NCBI GenBank assembly: GCA_016186795.1
Contig: JACPKY010000002.1
Span: forward strand, 350,748 to 414,747
Direction of reading: 5' to 3'
DNA length: 64,000 nucleotides
From: Candidatus Gottesmanbacteria bacterium
Lineage (GTDB): Bacteria > Patescibacteriota > Microgenomatia > 2-02-FULL-39-11
This document shows, one piece after another, positions 37,557 through 47,947 of the stretch. Below the pieces are notes generated by a model, which had not been told where the DNA came from, did not search any database, and worked only from the letters and a program-made list of their open reading frames with translations. How positions within the stretch are numbered: the first letter of the stretch is position 1; every line of letters starts with the position of its first letter. Made by a program: the position numbers and the translations under genes.

Positions 37557-38841
37557 GTTTTTTCCGAAGATATATAAAAACAAGATATGCAGTAAAAAAA
37601 AGTGTTATGCCGTAAGCAATAATAAGTGAATATGCTGTACCCATCCTTCCAAATCGTGGAATAAAAAACAGATTACCAATAATAACGACAAACAATTGAA
37701 TAATGCTGTTTACTGACAATATATGAGGTTTGCGAAGATAATAAATTGCAAGACTTACAACTGGAATAGAGGCAACAAAAAAAATCATAGCGAGTAAAAG
37801 AAGTTGAAATACAGAAACTGCACTTTCCGCTTTTTGCCCAAAGAGAACGGTAATAAATGGGTGTGCAAAAAGAATAAGAACTAAAATTGTAGTGACAATT
37901 CCACCAGTGCCGATGGTTACTTTTATCATGAAGTCTTTTAATCTCTTTCTATCAGTTGTGGCAGTAAGTTTTGGAGCAATAACAGTTGAAAAACTTCCAG
38001 AAAGGAGTGGGTATATAGACACAACGCGAGAAGCAGTCGAGTAAATCCCTGCTTCAGTTGGATTTGTCAATGCAATAAGCATAAGTACATCTAACCTACT
38101 TGCCAAAGCCGTAAGTCCCCTTGCAACTCCAAGAAATGATGTAAATGAAATAAGATTTTTCAAATCAGAGATTGAGAAACGCGCTTTAAGAAATTTCACT
38201 CCAACAAATTTTATTGCTAATATTAGTAGAAGAATAACCATTACGGTATGAGCCCATAGGGCGTTATCAACGTTAAGAGTAGAAAATCCTAAAACCAGAA
38301 GGAGAAGAGCAAATCGGCTAGCTCCTCCAAAAGAAGAAAGAATCGAGACTTTAAAAAACATTTGCCGTGCTGAAAGAACATACTGCAAAAAATTAGCCAA
38401 AATCGTGCAAAAAATTCCTAGAGAGGTAATTTGGACAAGATAGGTAAGGTCTCTTGTATGAAAAAAAATTATAGAGAGAAAAGAAGATAAGAAAAATATT
38501 AATATACTTACGGTTCCTGCAACTCCCGCCTGAAGAAAAAAAGATGTTTTTAAAAATACCAGCAATTTCTGACGATCAGCCTCAAGCTTTGGAATAAATG
38601 CGGAAAGAGAGCTTCCGATACCTATATCAGTAAGATCAGATACTAAAAGAAGAAAAGATAAAAGTGCAGAAAAATATCCAAAATCTGCAAAACTTAAACC
38701 GCGAACAAGAACAACGGTAAACAGAAAAGCAAAAAAAGCAGAAATAATGTTTCCAGCAAAAACCATATATGTGTTTCGTGCTGTTGTTGAGAAAGCAAGA
38801 ATCCACGCTTTTCTTGTTATATGGGATATATATTTCTTCAT
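37543..38841 (-). CDS. wzx: Wzx-type oligosaccharide flippase
   Basis: About 12 TM segments; RGLSFADFGYFS, DIGI, RLDVLML and AGIYS motifs. Confidence 0.82.
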   Translation of the reverse strand: MKKYISHITRKAWILAFSTTARNTYMVFAGNIISAFFAFLFTVVLVRGLSFADFGYFSALLSFLLLVSDLTDIGIGSSLSAFIPKLEADRQKLLVFLKTSFFLQAGVAGTVSILIFFLSSFLSIIFFHTRDLTYLVQITSLGIFCTILANFLQYVLSARQMFFKVSILSSFGGASRFALLLLVLGFSTLNVDNALWAHTVMVILLLILAIKFVGVKFLKARFSISDLKNLISFTSFLGVARGLTALASRLDVLMLIALTNPTEAGIYSTASRVVSIYPLLSGSFSTVIAPKLTATTDRKRLKDFMIKVTIGTGGIVTTILVLILFAHPFITVLFGQKAESAVSVFQLLLLAMIFFVASIPVVSLAIYYLRKPHILSVNSIIQLFVVIIGNLFFIPRFGRMGTAYSLIIAYGITLFFTAYLVFIYLRKKHESE

Positions 38842-39968
38842 GCGTATTTTCGGATTATAGCAGCTATTACTTCTATTTCCTCGTTTCTCAAAAATACTGA
38901 AGATGGAAGACTTACTCCATGACGAGAGAGATAATTTGAGACTGGAAATTCACCTTTCATTCTATAAGGTGGAAGTATGTGAAGAGGATAAAAAAACGGG
39001 CGAGTTTCAATATTTTCTTTACCGAGATTCTTCATAAGCTTATCGGAAGTCAGAGAATATGGTTTACGAACAAGGATAGAGTACATCCAATAAACACTTC
39101 TTTCACCCGCTTTTCTTGGATGGGGTATGATCCCCGGAATATCTTTTAATTTCATGGTATATTTTTGAGCAATCAAAACTCTTTTTTGCAAAAACTGATC
39201 AATTCTTTCAAGTTGAGCACATCCAAGAGCAGCTTGGATATTCGTCATACGATAATTAAATCCAACAACTGAATGATAATACTGTCTCTTTAAGTCCTGT
39301 CCATGGTTCCGAAGCATTCTCATCTTCTCCACTAAGCTAGAATTATTTGTCGTTATCATTCCTCCCTCACCGGTAGTTATTATTTTATTTCCATAAAAAC
39401 TAAAACACCCGACATCGCCAATCGATCCTACTTTTTTCCAATTTGTCTTATTTTTATTCTTTAAACTGACCTCGGCTCCGTGTGCTTCTGCTGCATCCTC
39501 AATAATTTTTAAATTGAATTTTTGTGCAATCGGTATAATACTTTCCATATCTGCTGGTCTCCCGTATAAATGGACAACGATTATTGCTTTCGTATGCTTT
39601 GTCACTTTCTTCTCCAGCATTTGTGGAGAAATTCCCCATGACGAGTCGTCAACATCAATAAAAACCGGAGTGGCTCCAGTAAAAGTTACCGCATTTGCTG
39701 TTGCCACAAATGTTAAATCTGGAATGAGCACTTCATCTCCTTTTCCAATCCCCAATCCAACAAGTGATAAATGGAGGGCAACTGTTCCATTTGACACAGC
39801 TATTGCATACTTAGTGCCTATATATTTTGCAAATTGTTCTTCAAACTTGGTGATAAAATTCCCTTTGGAGGAAATCCACGATGAGGAAAGGCATGACTCT
39901 ACATACTTCGCCTCGTTTCCGTGTAAATCGGGGTGAGCAATTGGTATAAATGCTCTTTTCTGCTTCAT
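38838..39968 (-). CDS. DegT/DnrJ sugar aminotransferase (perosamine synthase-like)
   Basis: SNGTVALHL, TFVATANA, EDAAEAHG, SFYGNKIITTGEGGM, GFNYRMTN and ETRPFF motifs. Confidence 0.92.
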   Translation of the reverse strand: MKQKRAFIPIAHPDLHGNEAKYVESCLSSSWISSKGNFITKFEEQFAKYIGTKYAIAVSNGTVALHLSLVGLGIGKGDEVLIPDLTFVATANAVTFTGATPVFIDVDDSSWGISPQMLEKKVTKHTKAIIVVHLYGRPADMESIIPIAQKFNLKIIEDAAEAHGAEVSLKNKNKTNWKKVGSIGDVGCFSFYGNKIITTGEGGMITTNNSSLVEKMRMLRNHGQDLKRQYYHSVVGFNYRMTNIQAALGCAQLERIDQFLQKRVLIAQKYTMKLKDIPGIIPHPRKAGERSVYWMYSILVRKPYSLTSDKLMKNLGKENIETRPFFYPLHILPPYRMKGEFPVSNYLSRHGVSLPSSVFLRNEEIEVIAAIIRKYA

Positions 39969-41566
39969 GATTTGGGCTTGAGGATAAAGACGTGAATCGA
40001 TCGAAATCGCTCTCTTGATAGAACTGTATAGTTTGAGAGGAATTGATACTTACGTTCCTGCCACTTTGCAATATCTTCGTTTTTCCCTCGGGAATCTATC
40101 AGAGAAAGTAAAACAGTATACTGCGGAGATTCCTTTTTTAGAGATGACCTGTAAAGCCAAGCAAAATAACTATCCATGTATGAGCTGACTGGTGTTCCAA
40201 TTGTATATTCAGAAAGATACCTATACCCTCCAAATCGAGGACACTCTCCAACTGCTTCCAGCGAATAAGTACTGTCTCCTATATATGCACGAACGTATGA
40301 AAGTGCGGCAATTTTCTCTTGATACGAATAGCTGGAATAGGATGTGAAGAGAGTTATTGAGTTTTGCACAATAAAAATAGTAAGAAAAACGATACCTGCC
40401 ACTTTCCCTTCTTTTTTCTTCCATATACGATCGAGAAGATAGGCAAGAATAAGGGCAAAGTAAGGAAAGAAGTAAAGTAAATAGTACTCATAGAATCTCC
40501 GTGTAAACAAAAAAAGCACTATCCCTGTTATAAAAAGAATTCTGTATATATGAACGCAAAAAAGATACTCCAACCTTCCAAAAAGTTGTTGTCGTCTGTT
40601 TCTTCTCATTTGAAAAAAGAGAAAGAGAAATACTCCTAAAGACAGAAGAGAGATAGTCCATATCTCCGGTGGTGCAATTCTCTGTATCGCAGAAAGTTCT
40701 TTGCACTGACCAGTTTCAACAAACATATCACTTGATGCTGGCATCCACAAAAATCTTCCTAGTGAGGAGACAAAAATACCCAGACGGTCAGAAAGTGTAG
40801 AGATAGAGTTCCCTGGTGAGGTTTGAATAATTAGATGAACAAGTGCACGAGTATTCGTAAAATTATGGCGAAGATCAAAAAGAATAATGGAAAGTTGTAG
40901 GGCCAAAAAAATTCCAATAGATAAAAGTGCTGCTTTTTGTGAAATATGTTTCCGCTTACTCCATAAGACAAGGAAAATTAACGGAGCAAATACAACAAAC
41001 GAAAGATGGCTTTGAATACCAAGTCCAAATACTAACGCCAGAAGTAGTAGATACTTATAAGTATTGGTAGAAAATTTTACAAGGATATACCCCATAAGCA
41101 CTGACAAAAGGGGTATTGGAGTAGGATTCCAAAAGTTCCTATCATAATAAGAAGCTAAAAAGGAACAACCATAAAGGAGTGCTCCTATGAAACCAACACG
41201 TTCGGAAAATAAAGATCGACCCACATGGAAAATAAGGTATGTCGTCAATACTCCAAGAATGGATGCGGTAATTCCCCACCCCACGGGATTTCCATCAAAA
41301 AGGGCGAAGGGAATAGCGGCAAAGTAAATAAACGCAGGCCCCAGATACAAACCTGTATCTGAAGCATTTACTCCAATAAGAGGAAAATGGCGAAATGAGA
41401 CAATATTCTTTACAATAAAAGCTTCATATTCTTGATCCATTCCAAAAAAGAGAAAACTTTGGAAGTTATAAAAACGAAATAAAAGACTTGCACCAAGAAG
41501 AAAAAGTAGCCAAAGTTTTTTCTTTTTTGTAAAAACCGTGGAAATTTTCTGAAATTCCTTAGACAT
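39965..41566 (-). CDS. GT-C glycosyltransferase (ArnT-like)
   Basis: RFYN..FGMDQ, PLIG, YLGP, WNP and QSH motifs; many TM segments. Confidence 0.75.
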   Translation of the reverse strand: MSKEFQKISTVFTKKKKLWLLFLLGASLLFRFYNFQSFLFFGMDQEYEAFIVKNIVSFRHFPLIGVNASDTGLYLGPAFIYFAAIPFALFDGNPVGWGITASILGVLTTYLIFHVGRSLFSERVGFIGALLYGCSFLASYYDRNFWNPTPIPLLSVLMGYILVKFSTNTYKYLLLLALVFGLGIQSHLSFVVFAPLIFLVLWSKRKHISQKAALLSIGIFLALQLSIILFDLRHNFTNTRALVHLIIQTSPGNSISTLSDRLGIFVSSLGRFLWMPASSDMFVETGQCKELSAIQRIAPPEIWTISLLSLGVFLFLFFQMRRNRRQQLFGRLEYLFCVHIYRILFITGIVLFLFTRRFYEYYLLYFFPYFALILAYLLDRIWKKKEGKVAGIVFLTIFIVQNSITLFTSYSSYSYQEKIAALSYVRAYIGDSTYSLEAVGECPRFGGYRYLSEYTIGTPVSSYMDSYFAWLYRSSLKKESPQYTVLLSLIDSRGKNEDIAKWQERKYQFLSNYTVLSRERFRSIHVFILKPKS

Positions 41567-41573
41567 TTATTTC

Positions 41574-41582
41574 ATTATAGCA
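41574..41582 (-). promoter_or_regulatory. Extended -10 element (TGcTATAAT) 7 nt upstream of ATG 41566, consistent with a leaderless mRNA
   Basis: Perfect TGnTATAAT at leaderless spacing; no SD. Confidence 0.6.
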
Positions 41583-41605
41583 AGTTATAGAAAAAACCAC
41601 TTTTT

Positions 41606-43171
41606 TTATTTCCCTTTACCTCTGTCAGTTACATAGGTAAGCAAAAAGGTGACCAATGAAATTATTGTAACCAACCAAAGGAAAATCGAGTATACACCTT
41701 TAAAAAACCATGGCTTGTACTGACTTACTTGTGTAAGGAAAATGGAAAAGGAAGAGATATCATAATATGTTTTTGCGATGGTGTATAAAGCATAGATATT
41801 TAAACAAATCATCAAGAGAGATAAAATAAAAATACTCCACGTATGAAGAGTACTATTGAAAGAAAAAAGTTGTCGCCATCCTATAAGAAGTATAACCATA
41901 TAGATCGAAATCGTAGGAAATAGGTACCTTCCTTGCACTCCCAAAACGTATCCTCCGGTATACCAGGAAAACCAATCGTAGTAAAAAATACTTGCGATGT
42001 ATACAAAAGCAACTCCCGCAAGAAAAAGGAGTGATTGGACTCTTCGGGAATACCACATCTTTCTTTTTACAAAGATAAAAAATGCAGGAATTAGTCCAAC
42101 AACTGCCACAAAAACTATGCGATTTATAATTCTGTGAATAGAACGAGGGTATGTCACTCCTAACCAATCATAAATGCCCCAAAACCAAGGCATTACCTCT
42201 CTTACGCTATGAGGTAGAGAATACTCCCATGTAAATTTCAATAAACTTGAAATATTATTTGTCTTCATAAACTGATCAATAAGTCCTACTGATCCAAAAT
42301 TTTTCTTGTATAACAAGATAAAGACCGCACAGATGATAAATGGAAGTATTATGACTCTTTTTGAAAAATCTTTTCGTCGTAAATCTCGAACGGCTACAAA
42401 GAAAAATAGAAGTACAACGAGAGGAAGTGTAATAATAAACTGAGGTTTCGAAAGGACACAAAAAAGAGAAGAAATAGAAAGAAATAACGCTCTATTCAGA
42501 TTAATCCCTTTTAATACCATAAGTGTTCCCGCAATAAGAAAAACAATGAAAAGAAAATTTCCCAGCGCATCACTATTTACTCCAACATTGGCAAATATCA
42601 TCATCGGCTGGAATCCTACGAGGGCAGCAATAGCGATACTTTCTTGGGTTTTTTGAAAAATACGCTTTGCAAGAGAGTAGGTGATATATATGGTACCCAT
42701 AAAAAGGAATAAGGACCATATACGTGTTGTGACAACTCGAGTAAAAAGGTCAAAGTGGTAGAAAAATTTATAAAAAAAACTTGCTGGAATATAGTACAGA
42801 GGAGGGTACCGGGTGGATTCGCGATGAACCAACTGTTTTCTTGTGTCCTCTTTTGATAAAGCTGCTAGGCTTGCCTCATACATACCATAGAACGAATCGG
42901 TATATTCAATCCGATATTCAGGATGGTGAGTAAAACGATTCTTTCCCAAATTATCCCGAAACGTACCTAAGAGTATTTCTGACGTATAGACTTCTTGTGT
43001 AAGATCGTTTTCTTCATCAATTGGCATACGTCCATTTTCAGCAAAAAAAGCTACTTGTCCAAAATGTGCTTGTTCATCAGGAAAATGCCAGAGTGGCACC
43101 AGGGACACCCATACCAGTGCATTGAAAAATACTGCGAGGAAAAAACTTGTCATTATCCTTGGGCGAACCAT
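41606..43171 (-). CDS. DUF2142 family polytopic protein (putative GT-C)
   Basis: PDEQAH, YPPLYY, VNSD, SKP and QGRYLFP motifs. Confidence 0.78.
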   Translation of the reverse strand: MVRPRIMTSFFLAVFFNALVWVSLVPLWHFPDEQAHFGQVAFFAENGRMPIDEENDLTQEVYTSEILLGTFRDNLGKNRFTHHPEYRIEYTDSFYGMYEASLAALSKEDTRKQLVHRESTRYPPLYYIPASFFYKFFYHFDLFTRVVTTRIWSLFLFMGTIYITYSLAKRIFQKTQESIAIAALVGFQPMMIFANVGVNSDALGNFLFIVFLIAGTLMVLKGINLNRALFLSISSLFCVLSKPQFIITLPLVVLLFFFVAVRDLRRKDFSKRVIILPFIICAVFILLYKKNFGSVGLIDQFMKTNNISSLLKFTWEYSLPHSVREVMPWFWGIYDWLGVTYPRSIHRIINRIVFVAVVGLIPAFFIFVKRKMWYSRRVQSLLFLAGVAFVYIASIFYYDWFSWYTGGYVLGVQGRYLFPTISIYMVILLIGWRQLFSFNSTLHTWSIFILSLLMICLNIYALYTIAKTYYDISSFSIFLTQVSQYKPWFFKGVYSIFLWLVTIISLVTFLLTYVTDRGKGK

Positions 43172-43175
43172 AGCA

Positions 43176-44279
43176 TTACCTTTTTTTTGTTCCTATTATC
43201 GAAACACCATGATCTTGGAAATTTGCAGGCGCTTCGATACCAGGAATTGCATAAGCATCGAATTTTTCATCACGAAACCATTTGATAACCTCCTGATACG
43301 TATGATGCCAATCAAATTTTATTGCAAATTGATCATAGATAATTAACCGATGTTCTCTCATATTAAGATTAAGATAGAACGAATCACCTCTGTTTAGAAA
43401 ATTTCTGAAGTTATGAAATAAGCGCATGAGAAAAACCCAAACATAGGAAAATATATAGATACCTCCTGAACCAAAAGGAGTAAGAGCATACCGCAACATC
43501 CGATTTATGGTGTAAACAGTCCGATTATAGAGGCTTTTATTCTTAACATATAGCCAGATATAAAACTTCCCGCTTTTCCTTACAAGCGGAGTTAATTTAT
43601 TGAAGGATTTTTTAGTGGAAGAAGTATGGTGGAGTACACCGTTTGAGTAGATGATGTCAAATACATTTTTCCTAAACGGAGGGTTCTCAACACTACCTTG
43701 GATAAAATGGATCCGCTCTCTCCCTTTCATTTTCTTTTTTTTGCAGAAGGAAGCACAAGTATCGACACCAGAAGTAATATCCATAGCAACAACTTGTCCT
43801 TCCGTTTTTAGAAAAGCAATTGATGTTACGCCATTACCACATCCAGCATCAAGCACCCATTTTCCCTTAAGGTTAGAAGACCCAATATGAAAAATCCGTT
43901 TTAAATCTTTTACTATTTGCTCTCCTTTCACACCCCACACAGATAATCCTTCAATTTGATACGAATGAAGTTTACTCCAATGTCTCGAGAATGTTTCAAT
44001 ATTTACTGTCTCATATTCCTTTGTAGAAGGAAATGATAGGTTTTTGATAATCGTTTGAATCCGTTTTTGATATTTTTTTTCAAATTGAAGATTCCGATAT
44101 CCGATGAGGAGTCTTGGAATGCCATTGATGATCGGATAGTAGTACTTTCTGGCCTTGGGAATAAGAATTCCAGATATGACATCTTCCGATTTGCCTTGTC
44201 TTTTGGATTTGAATACATGAAGAATAAAAGGCTGATACGTTTTTGGATCAGAAATAATTGTGAGAAGAACTTTATACAT
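43176..44279 (-). CDS. SAM-dependent methyltransferase with a Trm112-like N-terminal domain
   Basis: LLTIISDP...YPIINGIPRLL (Trm112-like), VLDAGCGNG and FDIIYSNGVLHHT motifs. Confidence 0.8.
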   Translation of the reverse strand: MYKVLLTIISDPKTYQPFILHVFKSKRQGKSEDVISGILIPKARKYYYPIINGIPRLLIGYRNLQFEKKYQKRIQTIIKNLSFPSTKEYETVNIETFSRHWSKLHSYQIEGLSVWGVKGEQIVKDLKRIFHIGSSNLKGKWVLDAGCGNGVTSIAFLKTEGQVVAMDITSGVDTCASFCKKKKMKGRERIHFIQGSVENPPFRKNVFDIIYSNGVLHHTSSTKKSFNKLTPLVRKSGKFYIWLYVKNKSLYNRTVYTINRMLRYALTPFGSGGIYIFSYVWVFLMRLFHNFRNFLNRGDSFYLNLNMREHRLIIYDQFAIKFDWHHTYQEVIKWFRDEKFDAYAIPGIEAPANFQDHGVSIIGTKKR

Positions 44280-45235
44280 TATGTTCTCCCTCTATGTTTC
44301 ATAACAATTGGAATACCTAAAATTGAATAAAAAAATCCAGCAGAAAAAAAGAGGGGACCAACCCTTTCAACAATCCAACGCTGAATAAATGGATAGCGAA
44401 AGAGAGTGAGGGGGCAAAGGAGGAAAGAAATTATCGTGTAGAGGAGAACTTTTAAAATGAGGGTAACTTTTTTGGAGAAAGGTGTGGCAGTATTTCTCGC
44501 AAAGTATGATTGACCAGACGCAAATAAGCGCTTGAGTCGATAGTGAATAGTCATTTTATAGGGGTGGATAAGATGGTAGACAATTGCCCCTGGTGTATAG
44601 TAAAGGGAAGGTGGTCTCGGACCATTTTCCCACATTCTCTCAAATAATTTTGTTTCTTCTCCAACTGCAATGATGTCTCCTTTCATATCAATAGACTCAT
44701 CAAACCCTCCAAAAATGTGTATGGCGTCTTTTTTGAAAATCATGTTTGGGCCAGAAAATGCTTCACCGCCTTTTAAAAATCGTGGAGTATCTCCTTTGAT
44801 GTCAGCCTCATAGTTGTCATTAAACCAAGCAGGCTTTTTTGTCTGGTAGTAAGGCACAACTGGACCAGAAACAGCCTGGGGAGTCGGCTTCACATGGTCA
44901 AAGCAATACAAAGCATTTTTAAGCCAATTTTTGTCTGCCTTCGCATCATCATCAATAAAAGCAACATAGAGGCTTTTGAGTTTTTTCACAATTACATTTC
45001 TGGAATTGGCAAGTCCAACATTCGTTTTCTTTTTGTAGTATTTAATAACTGGTATCCTTACTTTTTTTTGTAGCTTACCTATTGTAACTTGTGTATCATC
45101 AGTAGAACCATCGTCAATAACAACTATTTCAAAGAGAGAGGGTGAGATTGTCTGATGCAAAAGACCCTGAATTGTTTGCATGAGAAGCTCGGATCTATTA
45201 TATGTACATACCACAACGGATAGAATTGGATTCAT
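44279..45235 (-). CDS. GT2 glycosyltransferase
   Basis: SVVVCTYNR, DDGSTD, FIDDDA and GEET motifs. Confidence 0.88.
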   Translation of the reverse strand: MNPILSVVVCTYNRSELLMQTIQGLLHQTISPSLFEIVVIDDGSTDDTQVTIGKLQKKVRIPVIKYYKKKTNVGLANSRNVIVKKLKSLYVAFIDDDAKADKNWLKNALYCFDHVKPTPQAVSGPVVPYYQTKKPAWFNDNYEADIKGDTPRFLKGGEAFSGPNMIFKKDAIHIFGGFDESIDMKGDIIAVGEETKLFERMWENGPRPPSLYYTPGAIVYHLIHPYKMTIHYRLKRLFASGQSYFARNTATPFSKKVTLILKVLLYTIISFLLCPLTLFRYPFIQRWIVERVGPLFFSAGFFYSILGIPIVMKHRGRT

Positions 45236-45238
45236 AAC

Positions 45239-46183
45239 TCATGGAACAAATGTTTTTATACCTCTTTTCAGTTTTCCTATTAATTGATTTTGCAAATTAT
45301 ATCCTTTCTGCAAACTGATCGTTCTCTTTTCTTTGGAAATGTTCCTATTTTCCCACTGGTGTATTTTTGTCGTCATGTAGGGAAAGAATTGATATTTTTC
45401 TAAAATAAGATTTCTTGCGTTTGCAACGTACTTCAAATTTTTTTTCCATATATCACTTTTTATGATCTTATTGAGTTTCTCAATACAGTCTTTGTCATTA
45501 ATATCTATGGAAACAAACGATTCTTTTGGGAAAAAATCAGTGATATTCGTACAACCAAAGTATATAGGCATAGTAAAAGCAAGATAAGCATCAGAAAGCT
45601 TTTCACTCCAATAATAGGGACCGCTATAGTTTTCTACAACAAGTGTATACCGGTAAGGGGCAAGTCCCTCCCATTTATCCGCAATCTCTTTAAACCCAAA
45701 CCCATATAAATCAAAATGTACCCTTCCTTTTATTTTTTCCAAGAATCTCATTCGATCTCTGTGTCCTTGGAAACTCATCTTTTTACTCGTTATAAAAGAA
45801 ACATTCCGAGTTTTTGAAGGCATCTTCATTTTTTTTAGCGCATCGTAATCCCGATCTATAAGCCAAGGAGTCGCTGGCTGACTCAAAATAAATTTCTCTC
45901 CGTGGAGCGATGTATCTTGGGTAAAAATTCTGTGATAATTCTTATCAAAAGAAAGAGCGTATTTGAAAAATTCATTCGGTGGTTCCTGAACTAAACACCA
46001 AACATTTTTAGGGTAGCTTCGGACTTTTACACTTTCCTTGGGATAATTTAAGACCAAAACATAGTCGTATTCTTCAATTGGATCAAGGGTAAACCTTACA
46101 TCATCCCAAATTCCCAGCGACTTTGGAGTTTGACGCAGGATATTGGGATCTTCCCAGTTTTTAATTATGCGTACATATTTCAT
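45239..46183 (-). CDS. GT10-like glycosyltransferase (alpha-1,3-fucosyltransferase family)
   Basis: YRYTLVVEN....YWSEKL.DA.....PIYFG, the GT10 donor-binding motif. Confidence 0.75.
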   Translation of the reverse strand: MKYVRIIKNWEDPNILRQTPKSLGIWDDVRFTLDPIEEYDYVLVLNYPKESVKVRSYPKNVWCLVQEPPNEFFKYALSFDKNYHRIFTQDTSLHGEKFILSQPATPWLIDRDYDALKKMKMPSKTRNVSFITSKKMSFQGHRDRMRFLEKIKGRVHFDLYGFGFKEIADKWEGLAPYRYTLVVENYSGPYYWSEKLSDAYLAFTMPIYFGCTNITDFFPKESFVSIDINDKDCIEKLNKIIKSDIWKKNLKYVANARNLILEKYQFFPYMTTKIHQWENRNISKEKRTISLQKGYNLQNQLIGKLKRGIKTFVP

Positions 46184-47088
46184 ACTTTTCGAAGAAAGAG
46201 CATAATACCACCTTGTGGATCGGGATTTCGAAGGGATTGTGGGATATTTCTATAAAAGCCGGGAATATTTTTCACAGCCTTTTTCCCTTCAACATCTTTT
46301 CTGGTAGCTCGTTTTCCAAGTAAACTATAGTTAGCTTTTACAATTTTGAATTTTTTTGTTATGAGAGACACTCTCCCCTGATCGTAAATACGATGAATAT
46401 TGTAGACAACCGTTGGATAGCCATAGGGTATAGTAACGATAGCATGCCCGTTTTTTTTAAGAATTCTGTGAATTTCATCCATTGTCTTTATATCACCGTT
46501 TGTATCCTGAGGGTCACCGTATCTACCAAGTCCTACATGTTCTAGTGTAGAAATTATAGTAACAATATCAACAGAATTTGAGGGAAGATTTGTATCCTGA
46601 CAATTACCGAAGATATATTCAATACCAAATCTTGATCTGAAAGGAAAATGAAGGACATCAATTGAGAGAAGCCTCTCATATGGAAGTTTTAAAAGGAAAG
46701 GTAAAATGGTAGACATACTTCCCCCTCCTCCCAAGTCAACAATTGTCTTTTTCTTTACAGTTCTATTTATCAAACAATCCGCTTGGAAGATATACTCGAA
46801 TTTGCGCAAATGGTCACCGGCATAGGCGTCCCTCAAATACTTTTTTACACCTTGGTACGTATGTTCCCCATATTTTTCCCTTATCTCATCTTGAAGCTTT
46901 TCTATAAACGTATCTCTTCTCCAAAGGACATATGAAGCAGCCACCTTTTTAACCAAAGGTGGTATATATTTTCCAATAGAGAGCTTGTCAGCAAACGACC
47001 GCTCATCAATAAGAAAATAAATCAGTTCTGCACGTTTTTTAGGACTAAATTTATATAAAAAATCTGTTGGCTTTATAGTCTTACCCAT
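46180..47088 (-). CDS. SAM-dependent methyltransferase (DUF268-like)
   Basis: VDLGGG, ISTLEHVGLGRYGD and HRIYD motifs. Confidence 0.72.
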   Translation of the reverse strand: MGKTIKPTDFLYKFSPKKRAELIYFLIDERSFADKLSIGKYIPPLVKKVAASYVLWRRDTFIEKLQDEIREKYGEHTYQGVKKYLRDAYAGDHLRKFEYIFQADCLINRTVKKKTIVDLGGGGSMSTILPFLLKLPYERLLSIDVLHFPFRSRFGIEYIFGNCQDTNLPSNSVDIVTIISTLEHVGLGRYGDPQDTNGDIKTMDEIHRILKKNGHAIVTIPYGYPTVVYNIHRIYDQGRVSLITKKFKIVKANYSLLGKRATRKDVEGKKAVKNIPGFYRNIPQSLRNPDPQGGIMLFLRKV

Positions 47089-47942
47089 GTTGGAGGAAGG
47101 ATGTCCTTGCTATTAAGAGTTGGCGTACGAAACCACTTCTCTGGCCCAATAACTATTTTTCCCTGTGAGAGCCATGCAGCCCACCAACTGAATGTACTAT
47201 TGGCAATTATATGATATTTGCACGCACTCATCAGTCGGAAATCCTCATACTCATCAATAGCATCGTTAAAATCAATGTATGTAAATACACCTTTAGGTTT
47301 GAAGTATTTTTTTACCCAATCGATACTATCAGAAAAAATATAGAAATGGGGATTCTTTACTTTCCTTTTTATAAATTCGACTGCTTTATAATAATAATCT
47401 AGAGATAACACCCCATGAATTATATTTGCTTTTACATGCTCCATGTAATCACCTCGACGAAAATGGATCGATACTGCGTGACTTTTTGGAATTTTCTTCA
47501 GAACTAGTCGATTCTTGTAAGAAGGGGGGGATTTAGGAGTGAATTCTTTGAGAAGGACTGGTCGAATTTCTTGGAAATACTTTTCGCTTTGCCAGAAACC
47601 TGATAGATAGCTATTGTCCGAAACCGTCAGAATTCTTTTATCAAAAGTGAATGCCTTTTCATAAAAAATATTGGGAAACATAGTTTCAAAAAAAATTTTA
47701 ACTTTGCGAAGAAATATACGCGGCACATAATATCCCCAGCCTAAGATAAACCTTAGGTCATCCTTTGAGGCAAAATCTTCTACAATATTAAATTTATGAA
47801 GTCTGTATGGATATAAATGTTGCTTTTTAAATTCGGTTAAATCTATTTTGAGCTGTGTATTACAGACTATAGCTAGTTTCTTTCCAAGAGCATACTGAAA
47901 CATCTGATTGCCCAACCCACCCATTAATTCAGTGATAATCAT
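47073..47942 (-). CDS. GT11 glycosyltransferase (alpha-1,2-fucosyltransferase family)
   Basis: GGLGNQMFQYA, GFWQSEKYF, HFRRGDY, FSDS and IIANSTFSWWAAWL motifs. Confidence 0.92.
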   Translation of the reverse strand: MIITELMGGLGNQMFQYALGKKLAIVCNTQLKIDLTEFKKQHLYPYRLHKFNIVEDFASKDDLRFILGWGYYVPRIFLRKVKIFFETMFPNIFYEKAFTFDKRILTVSDNSYLSGFWQSEKYFQEIRPVLLKEFTPKSPPSYKNRLVLKKIPKSHAVSIHFRRGDYMEHVKANIIHGVLSLDYYYKAVEFIKRKVKNPHFYIFSDSIDWVKKYFKPKGVFTYIDFNDAIDEYEDFRLMSACKYHIIANSTFSWWAAWLSQGKIVIGPEKWFRTPTLNSKDILPPTWVRL

Positions 47943-47947
47943 ATAAT

